Source: a virus
Lineage: Duplodnaviria; Heunggongvirae; Uroviricota; Caudoviricetes
Length of the DNA: 52,089 bases
Reading direction: 5' to 3' (one strand)
IMG/VR virus record: IMGVR_UViG_3300041407_000207
Location: 1 to 52,089 of that record
The notes under the pieces were generated by a model that saw nothing but the letters and a program-made list of their open reading frames with translations, made no database searches and had not been told where the DNA came from. Below are positions 37,084-46,077 of the stretch, piece by piece; within the stretch, counting starts at the first letter, position 1; each line of letters starts with the position of its first letter. Both the position numbers and the translations under genes were made by a program.

Positions 37084-37530
37084 ATGTCCACTCCTGTTAT
37101 AACTCCAGATGAAGTCCGAGAGTTCATCGCTGATTACGTCGAAAATAATCATCTATTAGATGGCGTTGAGTTCAGCGACACCCGTATTTCGCTGGCTACG
37201 GAGTTGGCCATCTCTGAATTCAACTTTCTACCCCCGATTGGCGGAGTCTCTCTCAACACGTTCATGCGTGCTGGTAAGTCTATTCTGATGTCGGGGATTC
37301 TATGGAAGCTATTTGAAGGTCAGATGGCTCTATTGGCACGTAACACGATGAGCTATAACGATGGCGGCATCAGTCTTCCTATCGAAGAACGTATGTCGTT
37401 GTACCAAGGTATGGCTCAACAGTTCCAACAAGCATTCCTATCTTCTGCTGGCAGAGCTAAACAGTATCTGAATATCGAATCTGGTTGGGGTGAAGTGGGT
37501 AGCGACCAAGCTAATTTCCCAGTTTGGTGA
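37084..37530 (+). CDS. putative head-tail adaptor (neck) protein
   Basis: 148 aa helical protein at the neck position; NTMSYNDGGIS pattern like head-completion proteins. Confidence 0.55.
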   Translation: MSTPVITPDEVREFIADYVENNHLLDGVEFSDTRISLATELAISEFNFLPPIGGVSLNTFMRAGKSILMSGILWKLFEGQMALLARNTMSYNDGGISLPIEERMSLYQGMAQQFQQAFLSSAGRAKQYLNIESGWGEVGSDQANFPVW

Positions 37531-37534
37531 GTTA

Positions 37535-38380
37535 ATGAGACTACGTCCTGGAGTCTTCTACTCGTCCTTTTTCTATAAAGGCGACGTACAAGCACAAATA
37601 GAAAATCCATATTTTCAAATAGAGATACTCCCTCACTGGTTCGACCGGGCACTTGTTAAATGGTCTATCCCTGCTGATTGGGGCGACTGCTCATTTAACG
37701 TCTATAAGTCTGAGTCAGAAACCGGGCCCTTTACGAAGATGAACTCCACTCCAATTCTGGGGTTGATCTTTAACGATCTCGAGCATCGTAAATTCTCAAA
37801 GTACCACCAAGACTACTACATAGTCGAAGCTATCCTACACGATAAAAACGATGCCCTCCTTCGGTCAGCCCCATACTCCTGGGAACGTCAGCAACGTAGA
37901 TGGGTAGAATTACGCAGCATTGAAATTCAGAGACGTTTCTGGTTGATGCTTCGTAAGTTCGTAGGTGTAGAAACTCAGGTATTCAAACGTAAGACTTTTG
38001 GAAAGAGATGCGGTACTTGCTGGGATCCCAGGAACCACAAAGTTACTAACGACAAATGCCCTGAATGTATGGGGATAGGTTGGTCGGGTGGCTATATGGA
38101 ACCCTACTCAACTTTGATTCAATACGACGCCACTCCGAACAACACAGAACTCTCGGTGTACGGACGGAACGAACCAAACGCCATTGTCGGTATGACAATC
38201 TCATTTCCTAACTTGGATGATTGGGACATTGTCTACCGAGTCAAAGACGGCAGAATGTACCGGGTAGATAAGGTCCTCACCACTGAGCTTCTCACGAAAC
38301 CTGTTAGTCAGAGATTTCAACTAATTGAATTGCCTAAGAATTACGCAGAATATAAATTAGTGGAGAAATATAATCTATGA
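37535..38380 (+). CDS. putative head-closure/neck protein with Zn finger
   Basis: Start reassigned to ATG at 37535; RCGTCWD...KCPECMGIGWSGGY; beta-rich C-terminus with DIVYRV..GRMYRV. Confidence 0.55.
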   Translation: MRLRPGVFYSSFFYKGDVQAQIENPYFQIEILPHWFDRALVKWSIPADWGDCSFNVYKSESETGPFTKMNSTPILGLIFNDLEHRKFSKYHQDYYIVEAILHDKNDALLRSAPYSWERQQRRWVELRSIEIQRRFWLMLRKFVGVETQVFKRKTFGKRCGTCWDPRNHKVTNDKCPECMGIGWSGGYMEPYSTLIQYDATPNNTELSVYGRNEPNAIVGMTISFPNLDDWDIVYRVKDGRMYRVDKVLTTELLTKPVSQRFQLIELPKNYAEYKLVEKYNL

Positions 38381-38961
38381 GCAAAATTACCCCTATCCAA
38401 GTGGGTCGTCTTATTCTAGAGCCAATTCGTTATTTTTTCGCTAATCGTAACCCTGATGGTGAAATGTGGTGGGATGCCGATCCCAAGAAGACTAAGATTG
38501 ATATATCTATGGTGAATGACGCCACTAAGGAACTACCAGATCACGGCATGCAGATTCTGGTTGACCGAGGAGCATTCCGAGTAAGTAAGACCGGCATAAG
38601 TGACAATATGATGGACGGTAAGCCGATGAGTGAAACTAAAGGTTTACAGGATAGAAGAAGTTTACTTTTTGCCCAAGGTTCCGCTACGGTGATAATAAAA
38701 GCCCGGAGTGAAGGGACTGTAGAAATTCTTACCGATATGGTTTTCCACATTCTTCAATGGTCAAGGCCACATATCGCAGACATACAAGGCTTTAAAGACT
38801 TCGGCCTACCAATGGACGTAAGTTCTCCAAGACCTGTAAAACCAGACGTGGAATGTTTTGAGGTGCAGATATCTGTACCTTATATGATTGAAGACGCCTG
38901 GCAATCAAACAATGACGCTCTAAAATTACGTGATCTATTCCTGAGTATTGCTAACCGGTAA
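38377..38961 (+). CDS. putative tail terminator / tail completion protein
   Basis: Immediately upstream of sheath; size and alpha/beta pattern fit. Confidence 0.5.
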   Translation: MSKITPIQVGRLILEPIRYFFANRNPDGEMWWDADPKKTKIDISMVNDATKELPDHGMQILVDRGAFRVSKTGISDNMMDGKPMSETKGLQDRRSLLFAQGSATVIIKARSEGTVEILTDMVFHILQWSRPHIADIQGFKDFGLPMDVSSPRPVKPDVECFEVQISVPYMIEDAWQSNNDALKLRDLFLSIANR

Positions 38962-38968
38962 TCCCGGC

Positions 38969-38974
38969 TAAAAT
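38969..38974 (+). promoter_or_regulatory. class L hexamer (GC)TAAAAT
   Basis: Upstream of the sheath gene. Confidence 0.55.
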
Positions 38975-39039
38975 AAACTTGAATTCACAAGGGCCTGCTG
39001 GTGCAGGTCTATAAGTTAACCCGAAGGAGTCTTAGCCTG

Positions 39040-41649
39040 ATGGCTTACGTAATCCCCTCCGTTCTCGTATACCAACAGCTAGAGAACAGCGGTGGCGTAC
39101 TCAATTCGACCCCGGACCTGCATGCGTGCATCATTGGCCCTTGCTATACCGAAGTCATTTATGAGTCAGGATCGACCGAAGCTCTGGTGAAAACCGCAGC
39201 TAAATCGGCAATCCGTACCACCGGCACCGCCGTAGTTGGCAGCAAAGATGTAACCGTCGCTTCTATCTCCGGGTTCTTCTCTGGCGATAGCATTGTACTG
39301 GAAGGTGCTGCTGCATCTGGTGGCCCTCTGGCTGCAACCGTAGTATCTGTAGTAGGTACAGTTATTACTTTGGACGTTGCTGTAGTAACCGCCGTTACCG
39401 ATGCTTCGATCTCTAAAAAAGGTCTTCTAGTAAACGCTTCTGTTCCTAACATTTACGCTCTTCCGAACGTTAAGCCTGGACAAAAAGTAGTTGCTGCTGA
39501 CACTCGTATTTACCTAAACAACGTTTTGGTATCTACCGTAGCTACTAAAGCTGAAGGCCATTCTCAGGGCAACGTCCTGTCGATCACTTCTTTCGCCACT
39601 ACTGGTGCAGCTACCGCTGCCTCTTCTGTAGTTACCGTAGCTAGTGCTTCGGGTCTGGTAGACGGAGATTTCATCACCGTTGCAGGCGCAGGTCTCGCAG
39701 GTGCGAACCTCTCCGCAAGAATCGTAGATATCACCGGCAATGTCCTCACTCTGGACCGTGCAGTTGGTACTACCGTGAGCACCGCAGCTGTCACCAAGAA
39801 TAACCCGATGCTCGTAAATGAGCTGAGCAATACCTATAACGCAGAAGCCGGTGACACCGTAAAGGTTGCTTACACCAATACCTCTTCTCAGTCTCTGGTG
39901 TTCTCGTCCCTGGTAAAAGAAGTTGTTTCTTCTGCCGGTGGAATCACTCGTCTGGTTCTGACCGATAACCTGCCAGCAGATGTGAGTGCTAAAACCACTG
40001 CTACTACCACTGCTGCAAGCAGCGACGTAACTGTTGCAAGCTCAACCGGCATTACCGTAAACGGTCGTGTTCGTGTAGTAGGTACTGGCTTCGACATCTA
40101 CACTACCGTAACTGGTATTGCAAGTTTGGTAGTTACTCTCGCAGACGCAATTCCAGCTACTCAGTCAGGTGCTCAGTTCTACGTTCTGAACTCTTCTACT
40201 GTATTTGTAGAGAAGGGATACAACGATCAACTGCTTCCACTGAATAAGCCAATCAGTTCAGGTACTAACTACAACCTGGATAACATCGGTGATGAATACG
40301 AATTCACCATCAATGCTGGTTCGGAACTGATCTACGGCCCAATCGTTTCTGCAGATGTTCACGTAGGTTACCGTGCTCTTCGTACTGACCTATCTGGATC
40401 TGTTCTGGAAATTGCAGACATCAACGATCTGGCAGGTGTGCTGGGTGATCCGACTGAGAAGAACCCGCTGTCTCTGGGTGTTCAACTTGCTCTGGCCAAC
40501 ACCACCACTTCGATTCGTGCGATTGCTATTCCTTCGGATGACCTGATGGGTTATCAGATTGCACTGGAACTGGCTGAGAACATTCGTCTGTACGCAATGA
40601 CCCCGCTTACTCAGGATATTGGCATCATCAATACTCTGAAAGCACACTGCGATCAGCTGTCTACTCCAGTAGAAGCTTCGTGGCGTGTTGCACTGGTCAA
40701 CGTTAAGACTCCGGATGAGCAATCTGTTGGTCAATACTCTGCTACGTTCTTGAACGCAGCTACCGGTATTACCATCGAGAACATCGCTGGTAAGTTTGTT
40801 CTGAACGCTGCTAACGCTACTTTCTTGAGCGATGCACTGGTTCCTGGCGACATCATCAAGGTGGTCTCTGCTACTCCAGGTACTTCGATCAACGATTACG
40901 TAGTTCAAGAAGTAGTCAGCAACCAACAAGTAGTCATTGACGCTACCGAAGCAGCTATCAACGTCTCGTACTGGGCTTCTCGCAAGCTCACCAAGACTCA
41001 ACAAGCTGACTGGGTTTCGAAGACTTCTGCACAGTTCAACGATAAACGCGTTATCAATATCCAGCCGGATACTTGTGGCGTGAGCATCGGTGGAGTTACT
41101 AAGTACCTGCCTGGCTACTACTTGGCTTGTGCGATTGCAGGTATGACTGCTGGCTTCCCAGTTCAACAAGGCTTTACCAACATCGGCCTAGCCGGTATCA
41201 CTGACCTGAAGCGGAGTAACTTCTACTTCACCCGTGCTCAGATGAACCACATGGCTGAGACCGGTACCTTCTTGATCGTTCAAGATGTTCAGGGTGGAAC
41301 TCCTTACGTTCGTCACGCGATGACCACTGATATCTCCGTACTGGAATATCGTGAATACCTCGTAGTGAAAAACTGGGACTACCTGAGCTACTACTTCTAC
41401 GACAAGTTGAAGCCATTCATCGGTACTTGGAACATCACTACCGATACTCTGAACAACATTCGCCAGACCGTCGTAGCTTCCGCAGAACTGCTGAAGTCTA
41501 AGAAACTGCCGAAGATTGGCCCTCCACTGGTTGACTACAACCTGGCGATCATTGGTCAGAATGCGGTAAACAAGGATAACATCGATATCAATCTGAAAAT
41601 TGCAGTCGTGTATCCGAACAACTACACCAACTTGTACCTGATCATCTGA
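39040..41649 (+). CDS. contractile tail sheath protein with inserted beta-rich repeats
   Basis: C-terminal sheath domain (PGYYLACAIAG...QQGFTN...FTRAQMN.MAETG...RHAMTTD...REYLVVKNWDY); start reassigned to ATG at 39040 behind AAGGAG. Confidence 0.88.
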   Translation: MAYVIPSVLVYQQLENSGGVLNSTPDLHACIIGPCYTEVIYESGSTEALVKTAAKSAIRTTGTAVVGSKDVTVASISGFFSGDSIVLEGAAASGGPLAATVVSVVGTVITLDVAVVTAVTDASISKKGLLVNASVPNIYALPNVKPGQKVVAADTRIYLNNVLVSTVATKAEGHSQGNVLSITSFATTGAATAASSVVTVASASGLVDGDFITVAGAGLAGANLSARIVDITGNVLTLDRAVGTTVSTAAVTKNNPMLVNELSNTYNAEAGDTVKVAYTNTSSQSLVFSSLVKEVVSSAGGITRLVLTDNLPADVSAKTTATTTAASSDVTVASSTGITVNGRVRVVGTGFDIYTTVTGIASLVVTLADAIPATQSGAQFYVLNSSTVFVEKGYNDQLLPLNKPISSGTNYNLDNIGDEYEFTINAGSELIYGPIVSADVHVGYRALRTDLSGSVLEIADINDLAGVLGDPTEKNPLSLGVQLALANTTTSIRAIAIPSDDLMGYQIALELAENIRLYAMTPLTQDIGIINTLKAHCDQLSTPVEASWRVALVNVKTPDEQSVGQYSATFLNAATGITIENIAGKFVLNAANATFLSDALVPGDIIKVVSATPGTSINDYVVQEVVSNQQVVIDATEAAINVSYWASRKLTKTQQADWVSKTSAQFNDKRVINIQPDTCGVSIGGVTKYLPGYYLACAIAGMTAGFPVQQGFTNIGLAGITDLKRSNFYFTRAQMNHMAETGTFLIVQDVQGGTPYVRHAMTTDISVLEYREYLVVKNWDYLSYYFYDKLKPFIGTWNITTDTLNNIRQTVVASAELLKSKKLPKIGPPLVDYNLAIIGQNAVNKDNIDINLKIAVVYPNNYTNLYLII

Positions 41650-41825
41650 TGGGTAACAAGTATTTGGAAAAGGTGGCTTCGATACTGAAGCTGCCTGGAC
41701 CAAAGGCGAACGCTTTAGGTGAGGTTGTCCGATCTGCTAAAGCGTTTTCTGGTAAAAAGAACTTCGGATTTCACTCAATGGCGAAGACGCCGATGATTGA
41801 ACGAATCAAAGCTTCACTCCATTAA
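41649..41825 (+). CDS. 58 aa basic peptide with NKYLEKVA leader (not in ORF track)
   Basis: Own translation MGNKYLEKVASILKLPGPKANALGEVVRSAKAFSGKKNFGFHSMAKTPMIERIKASLH*; ATG overlaps the sheath TGA. Confidence 0.7.
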   Translation: MGNKYLEKVASILKLPGPKANALGEVVRSAKAFSGKKNFGFHSMAKTPMIERIKASLH

Positions 41826-41836
41826 GGACCACGATT

Positions 41837-42511
41837 ATGGCTGTAACTAAACAGAATGACCAACTCGGTGCAACATCCGATTACGGTTTCAGCACTGGCT
41901 GGGACTGGAAGGGTGATTACGTCAGTAAGTTGGCGGAGGATGGCTACGAACGCTTTAGCCAGTTCTCGGCTTCTCCTGATACCACCCTTATGTTCGCAGG
42001 TCCTGCACGCTACACTGGACTTTCGGACTCTACCGCAGACTTGATTCCAATCGGTCTAACCGATGGTATCCAATACGGTGCAAGCGCAAGCCTGGCTCGT
42101 CTCTATGAGATTGGTTCAAACCGTGCGTTCTTCACTCGTGGTAAGACCATCAGTTCGATCTCGTTCGGTCGAATGCTTGCGGACAACGGTAACATCCTGA
42201 ACGCTCTAAGCCGAAATGCTTACAAGCCTCTGATGAACACCGATGGTATGAAGGCTCCTGGAGCTGACGTCCCTAGTCCAAACATCATGATGAACTTGGA
42301 CTCGGAATACTTCGCAGTTCCTTTCGGTCTCCTGCTGGTCTTCAAGACTCGTGGTGGTGACTCAGATGGCTACGGTAAAACTCTGACTGCGGTCTATCTG
42401 GAATACTGCATGATCGAAGGTTACAACTTCTCGATCAACGCTCAATCTCCAGTAATCGTAGAAGGTGTTTCCCTACAGTACGACCGACCCGTCCCTGTAA
42501 GCATCGTTTAA
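41837..42511 (+). CDS. tail tube protein
   Basis: Follows sheath; LARLYEIGSNRAFFTRGK, YLEYCMIEGYNFSINAQ, IVEGVSLQYDR typical of myovirus tube proteins. Confidence 0.82.
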   Translation: MAVTKQNDQLGATSDYGFSTGWDWKGDYVSKLAEDGYERFSQFSASPDTTLMFAGPARYTGLSDSTADLIPIGLTDGIQYGASASLARLYEIGSNRAFFTRGKTISSISFGRMLADNGNILNALSRNAYKPLMNTDGMKAPGADVPSPNIMMNLDSEYFAVPFGLLLVFKTRGGDSDGYGKTLTAVYLEYCMIEGYNFSINAQSPVIVEGVSLQYDRPVPVSIV

Positions 42512-42516
42512 ATGAC

Positions 42517-42541
42517 AAAACCCTCTTCGGAGGGTTTTTTC
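42517..42541 (+). terminator. intrinsic terminator
   Basis: AAAACCCTC-TTCG-GAGGGTTTT followed by TT. Confidence 0.85.
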
Positions 42542-42555
42542 TTGGGTTAAGATAT

Positions 42556-42726
42556 CCCCACTGGCCTTTGAGCCCCTTGCTGAAGTTGTGAAAGCAACGT
42601 AAGCCGTCTAACAAAGTTACATTCCTTGTCAATGCGCAACGCTTGGTAAATGATGATGGCTAACCGATCTGGTCCCGGAATCTACGGAAGGTCTTACACC
42701 TCGGCCCGTGCAATGCGGGCTTTTTT
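42556..42726 (+). ncRNA. candidate structured ncRNA 1
   Basis: No ORF of 60 codons on +; TAAGAT hexamer at 42548; GNRA-capped hairpins; ends in GCCCG-TGCAATG-CGGGC-TTTTTT. Confidence 0.4.
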
Positions 42727-42730
42727 ACGT

Positions 42731-42736
42731 TAAAAT
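42731..42736 (+). promoter_or_regulatory. class L hexamer (CGT)TAAAAT
   Basis: Precedes a non-coding unit ending in a terminator. Confidence 0.55.
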
Positions 42737-42740
42737 ATTC

Positions 42741-42881
42741 ATGTCTAACTAGCTCTATTCCTGCCATCTTTAAATTGTCTAAGGTGGGGTTGCTTCCGCG
42801 ATAGGAGGCTTAGGGACCGAAAGCGCGTCCACCACGAAACAAACAGGTCTTACCAACTCAACCCGTCTAGTACGGGTTTTT
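42741..42881 (+). ncRNA. candidate structured ncRNA 2
   Basis: Promoter hexamer upstream, only ATG TCT AAC TAG as coding, stems CCATCTT/AAGGTGG and GGGTTG/CAACTC, terminator AACCCG-TCTAGTA-CGGGTT-TTT. Confidence 0.45.
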
Positions 42882-42888
42882 CTTCGAC

Positions 42889-42894
42889 TAAAAT
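42889..42894 (+). promoter_or_regulatory. class L hexamer TAAAAT, 6 nt before ATG
   Basis: TAAAAT-tcatca-ATG, no RBS. Confidence 0.6.
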
Positions 42895-42900
42895 TCATCA

Positions 42901-43761
42901 ATGACTACTACCAATCCCTATCTTGAGAAATCTGCAAGCCTGTTAGCTGGGGCTGCGTTGACTCACCTCGTTCAAAACGTAGCTACAAACCAGGCCTTGA
43001 AAAACAAGAAAGTTGCCAAGTATCTGGCCAACTCTCTGACTCAGGGATACCACGGCGTAGTAGATACTTCTATAAAAGCTAAGGCCACTCGTGCCGCTGC
43101 ATCCGTAGTAGTACCAGACGTAGCCGCTGCTCATAAAGCAGCTCACCAAGCAGGGGCTAGTCTCAAAGATATTCTCAGTGGTGCTACGAATCGACAGAGG
43201 GCTGCGTCGAGGATGGCGGTAGAGGGTAAATTCGAGCAGCTAAAAAAATACAAAATGCATGAAGATCCTGTGGTTAAGAAGGTTCAGGATTTGGCTGCAA
43301 AACATTTACCTACGTTGAATGATATTTCCAAAGGCGCCTCTAAGTCTTTGAGTGATCTTTGGAAAGACAAGACTCACCCATTGCTCAGCAATATTGCGAA
43401 GAACATTGGTCGAGGTGAAATACCTAAAGGTCCTCAGTTCAAAGTTGGGAATATGAACCAAACCCTACCGACCCTAAGTTCTATAGCCATTGCACCTATC
43501 GAGCCTAGTGCTGCTGCCATTGATGGGATCAAAGCACTCGCAGGTAGCTCTGCAGTGCAGTCAACTCAGACAGGTAAGAAAGCCGTAGATTTCTTGAGAA
43601 AGACTTTCATCGACGACCCTTTGAAGAAAGGGATGAAGGCTACTGCTGAAGTTAAAGGATTAAAACATGAGGCTTCGAAATTCCTCCTCAATCCTACCTC
43701 TGCACATCTAAAAAGAACAGCGGCTGCAGTATCGCAAGCCGCCAAGTCTTCTCAGGTATGA
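42901..43761 (+). CDS. basic Ala/Lys-rich protein with NPYLEKSA leader (putative virion internal protein)
   Basis: MTTTNPYLEKSASL. Confidence 0.6.
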   Translation: MTTTNPYLEKSASLLAGAALTHLVQNVATNQALKNKKVAKYLANSLTQGYHGVVDTSIKAKATRAAASVVVPDVAAAHKAAHQAGASLKDILSGATNRQRAASRMAVEGKFEQLKKYKMHEDPVVKKVQDLAAKHLPTLNDISKGASKSLSDLWKDKTHPLLSNIAKNIGRGEIPKGPQFKVGNMNQTLPTLSSIAIAPIEPSAAAIDGIKALAGSSAVQSTQTGKKAVDFLRKTFIDDPLKKGMKATAEVKGLKHEASKFLLNPTSAHLKRTAAAVSQAAKSSQV

Positions 43762-43841
43762 GCTGCGTTATAGGCCCATAGAAATAACGCTACAACCGCA
43801 GTAGTCACAGTAATGGGGTGATCGGCTAGAAATTGCAACAT
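43752..43841 (-). CDS. 29 aa membrane peptide (not in ORF track)
   Basis: MLQFLADHPITVTTAVVALFLWAYNAAHT*; AAGGAG RBS and its own class E motif at 43868. Confidence 0.6.
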   Translation of the reverse strand: MLQFLADHPITVTTAVVALFLWAYNAAHT

Positions 43842-43867
43842 AGATTTAATCTCCTTAGTTACTTATC

Positions 43868-43874
43868 TTATACC
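43868..43874 (-). promoter_or_regulatory. class E promoter motif GGTATAAG
   Basis: TTATACC, intergenic. Confidence 0.65.
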
Positions 43875-43924
43875 CGGTTGCTACCTTTGCCCAGAACGTC
43901 TCCCTGGGCTTTTTTTATTTGACT

Positions 43925-43955
43925 AAAAACAGCGGTGTAATCCGCTGTTTCTTTT
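43925..43955. terminator. bidirectional terminator
   Basis: AAAAACAGCGG-TGTAAT-CCGCTGTTTCTTTT; a second + strand hairpin at 43889-43916. Confidence 0.7.
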
Positions 43956-43961
43956 TACGCC

Positions 43962-44867
43962 TTATTCTGCGCTTTTAGAGTTCAGCCTGGAGAAGTGATC
44001 TGCCAGGACTGTTACGATTTCAGGGTGCCACATGAGTCTTCGGTTATACCCGCCCTTTGCACCGAGTTTCACCATATCAGCAATGCCCTTTGCTCTTTCG
44101 GTAATACGCCAGGTACCGTTGGCGATCTTTTCCTGAAGACCAAGATCGAACAACGCCTTATTTACAACCATCTGCCTTAGTTTGAGCTTTTGTGCGATAT
44201 CACTAGGCAACATGGTGTATGGAGAACCTACCTCGGACGCGGATTGAGCTGCAAGAGATGACTTGTCGGCAACCACTGCTTCGGATTCTACGTCTGGAGT
44301 TTTGGCAGGGATATCCAAAACTTCTTTTGCAGGATCTTTCAGGAGCAGTTTTGCCGCAGACATATCTACGCCAAGGTTTACTTCCAAGAGAGTCAACGTA
44401 CATTCCGAGCAACTACGTTTGTCGATCCCGTCCGTGTTTGCGAGAATATCGTTTGCCATTCGAATGGCTGACAAGATGCTGTTAACTCGGACTTCGGAAT
44501 GCGCAGAGAACGCGTCTGCGGAAATCATTTGGGTATCGATAGCTTCTGGCATTGTCGGGTCTTCCTTACAATTGTTCTGAAACACCTGGTAGAGTTCAAC
44601 CTCTAGGGTGTGGCTGAGTTGATTTGCGTATTTCAACGCAATAACTTCTTCTGCGTAATACCCGCCAGCGCTACCGATAACCGGTTTACGACCGAGATGT
44701 TTCTCAAGTTTCGGCTCATAGAGTTTCATGGCTGAACTGTTTAGAAACTCCATAACTGTCAGAGGATCTTTGATGCCCTTATTACGGGCCAAATTGTAGA
44801 TATCAGCCAAAAGGTATCGGCCAAATTTATCTCGACGAAGGTCTGCATTTACAATGTGGCTGTTCAT
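43962..44867 (-). CDS. KilA-N domain protein with antirepressor-like C-terminal domain
   Basis: RRDKFGRYLLADIY...GGYYAEEVIALKYANQLS (KilA-N); SDIAQKLKL...VNKALFDLGLQ...W.ITE (KilAC/ANT-like). Confidence 0.8.
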   Translation of the reverse strand: MNSHIVNADLRRDKFGRYLLADIYNLARNKGIKDPLTVMEFLNSSAMKLYEPKLEKHLGRKPVIGSAGGYYAEEVIALKYANQLSHTLEVELYQVFQNNCKEDPTMPEAIDTQMISADAFSAHSEVRVNSILSAIRMANDILANTDGIDKRSCSECTLTLLEVNLGVDMSAAKLLLKDPAKEVLDIPAKTPDVESEAVVADKSSLAAQSASEVGSPYTMLPSDIAQKLKLRQMVVNKALFDLGLQEKIANGTWRITERAKGIADMVKLGAKGGYNRRLMWHPEIVTVLADHFSRLNSKSAE

Positions 44868-44920
44868 TTCTAGTTTTTCCTAGTTCAGGATGAATCAAGA
44901 GATATCTTTCTCTACTATAG

Positions 44921-44927
44921 TTATACC
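44921..44927 (-). promoter_or_regulatory. class E promoter motif GGTATAAC
   Basis: TTATACC, back-to-back with the class L variant at 44955. Confidence 0.65.
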
Positions 44928-44954
44928 AAAAATCACAACCCATCTTTACGACGT

Positions 44955-44960
44955 TAAACT
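44955..44960 (+). promoter_or_regulatory. class L variant (CGT)TAAACT, 6 nt before ATG
   Basis: TAAACT-gagatt-ATG. Confidence 0.5.
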
Positions 44961-44966
44961 GAGATT

Positions 44967-46049
44967 ATGAGCAGCCTATTTTCCCAAACCACCCCGCTTA
45001 CTGGCGGTTCCATCGAAGCAACTGTGCAGAGCGTAGACGTCGCAAGATGGGTCTGTACCGTTAAGACTAACAAAGGTCAACGGTACAACAATGTCATCTG
45101 GGGGATGCCTTCTGGTGGATCTGGACGATCTGGAGTTTCCTTCACCCCAAAGATGGGTGACCGGGTAAAACTCTCTACGGGAATGGGGTACCCGGTAATT
45201 GAGTGTTTCTTACCGAGAATAGACCGAGAGCCTACTTCGCCTCTATCCATCGATACAGGGAGTTCCCCTGGAGATCCTGGCAAGCTAACTCCTCTGGAAG
45301 GAACTTCTTTTAACTCCGGGAAAGCAGGAGATCAGTTGGCCGGAGATCATATCATCTCGTCAGAAGGTGGTGGATTCCTAGCCGTCCTGAGAGGCGGCAC
45401 GGTGCTCATGAAAGCCAGTGCCCTTGCTCAGGTCTTAGTAAGTAAGATAGACGACGTAGTGAGGATCGTAGGCCGTAGCACCGAGATTATTACCGAGCTT
45501 GGGGTAGAGGTTTTCGCTTCCGTAAAAGGGACTGCATACAAGTACGTCGCCTATGCCGCAACTCCCGCTGAAGCTAGAGCAGGCCTATTTCGATATACTG
45601 AGTACTACGGTGATACGCAGACCGCCGAAGTTCTGAAAGACGGTTATGAACTTGGATCTGCCGGAGGTTCTGTAACTCCAGGCGGGCCTATAAAGAAAAT
45701 CATGGTAGTAGATGCAGCCGGTTTACCTCTCCGCATCGAAACTACAGATGCTCTAGGAAACGTGTCCACCACTACGAAGACTGCAGATGGTGTTAGTTCC
45801 AGCGTTGTCAACTACGCAAATGGCCAGTGGGACCTAACCACTACCAACGGCACTTACTGCAACATCAAGGTTACAAACGCTGAAATATCAATGACTTACA
45901 ACGGAGATGCTTCCGTGACAATAAACGATCTCGGCGTAGTATCTAAAAAAGGCACCACCACTACGAAGGTCTTGGTTGACTCCATTCTCCTGGATGCTTC
46001 CGGTGGACACTTCGTACATATCCTTCCTTCCGGCGTACAAATGGGCTAA
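44967..46049 (+). CDS. baseplate central spike/hub protein (gpV/gp5-like)
   Basis: N-terminal OB-fold pattern (ATVQSVD...CTVKT...FTPKMGDRVKL...GYPVI) and beta-strand-repeat C-terminus. Confidence 0.65.
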   Translation: MSSLFSQTTPLTGGSIEATVQSVDVARWVCTVKTNKGQRYNNVIWGMPSGGSGRSGVSFTPKMGDRVKLSTGMGYPVIECFLPRIDREPTSPLSIDTGSSPGDPGKLTPLEGTSFNSGKAGDQLAGDHIISSEGGGFLAVLRGGTVLMKASALAQVLVSKIDDVVRIVGRSTEIITELGVEVFASVKGTAYKYVAYAATPAEARAGLFRYTEYYGDTQTAEVLKDGYELGSAGGSVTPGGPIKKIMVVDAAGLPLRIETTDALGNVSTTTKTADGVSSSVVNYANGQWDLTTTNGTYCNIKVTNAEISMTYNGDASVTINDLGVVSKKGTTTTKVLVDSILLDASGGHFVHILPSGVQMG

Positions 46050-46077
46050 AGAGGGCATCATGCCCTCAACCAATCCT

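Noticed and set aside
42545-42881. Hammerhead or pistol ribozyme, or tRNA, in the non-coding units
   Set aside because: No CTGA-N-GA core paired with GAAA, no pistol consensus, and no cloverleaf with T-loop GTTCRA found by eye
32318-44050. In-gene TTATACC copies at 32318 and 44044
   Set aside because: Inside coding sequence and lacking the downstream consensus; a few chance 7-mers are expected in 52 kb
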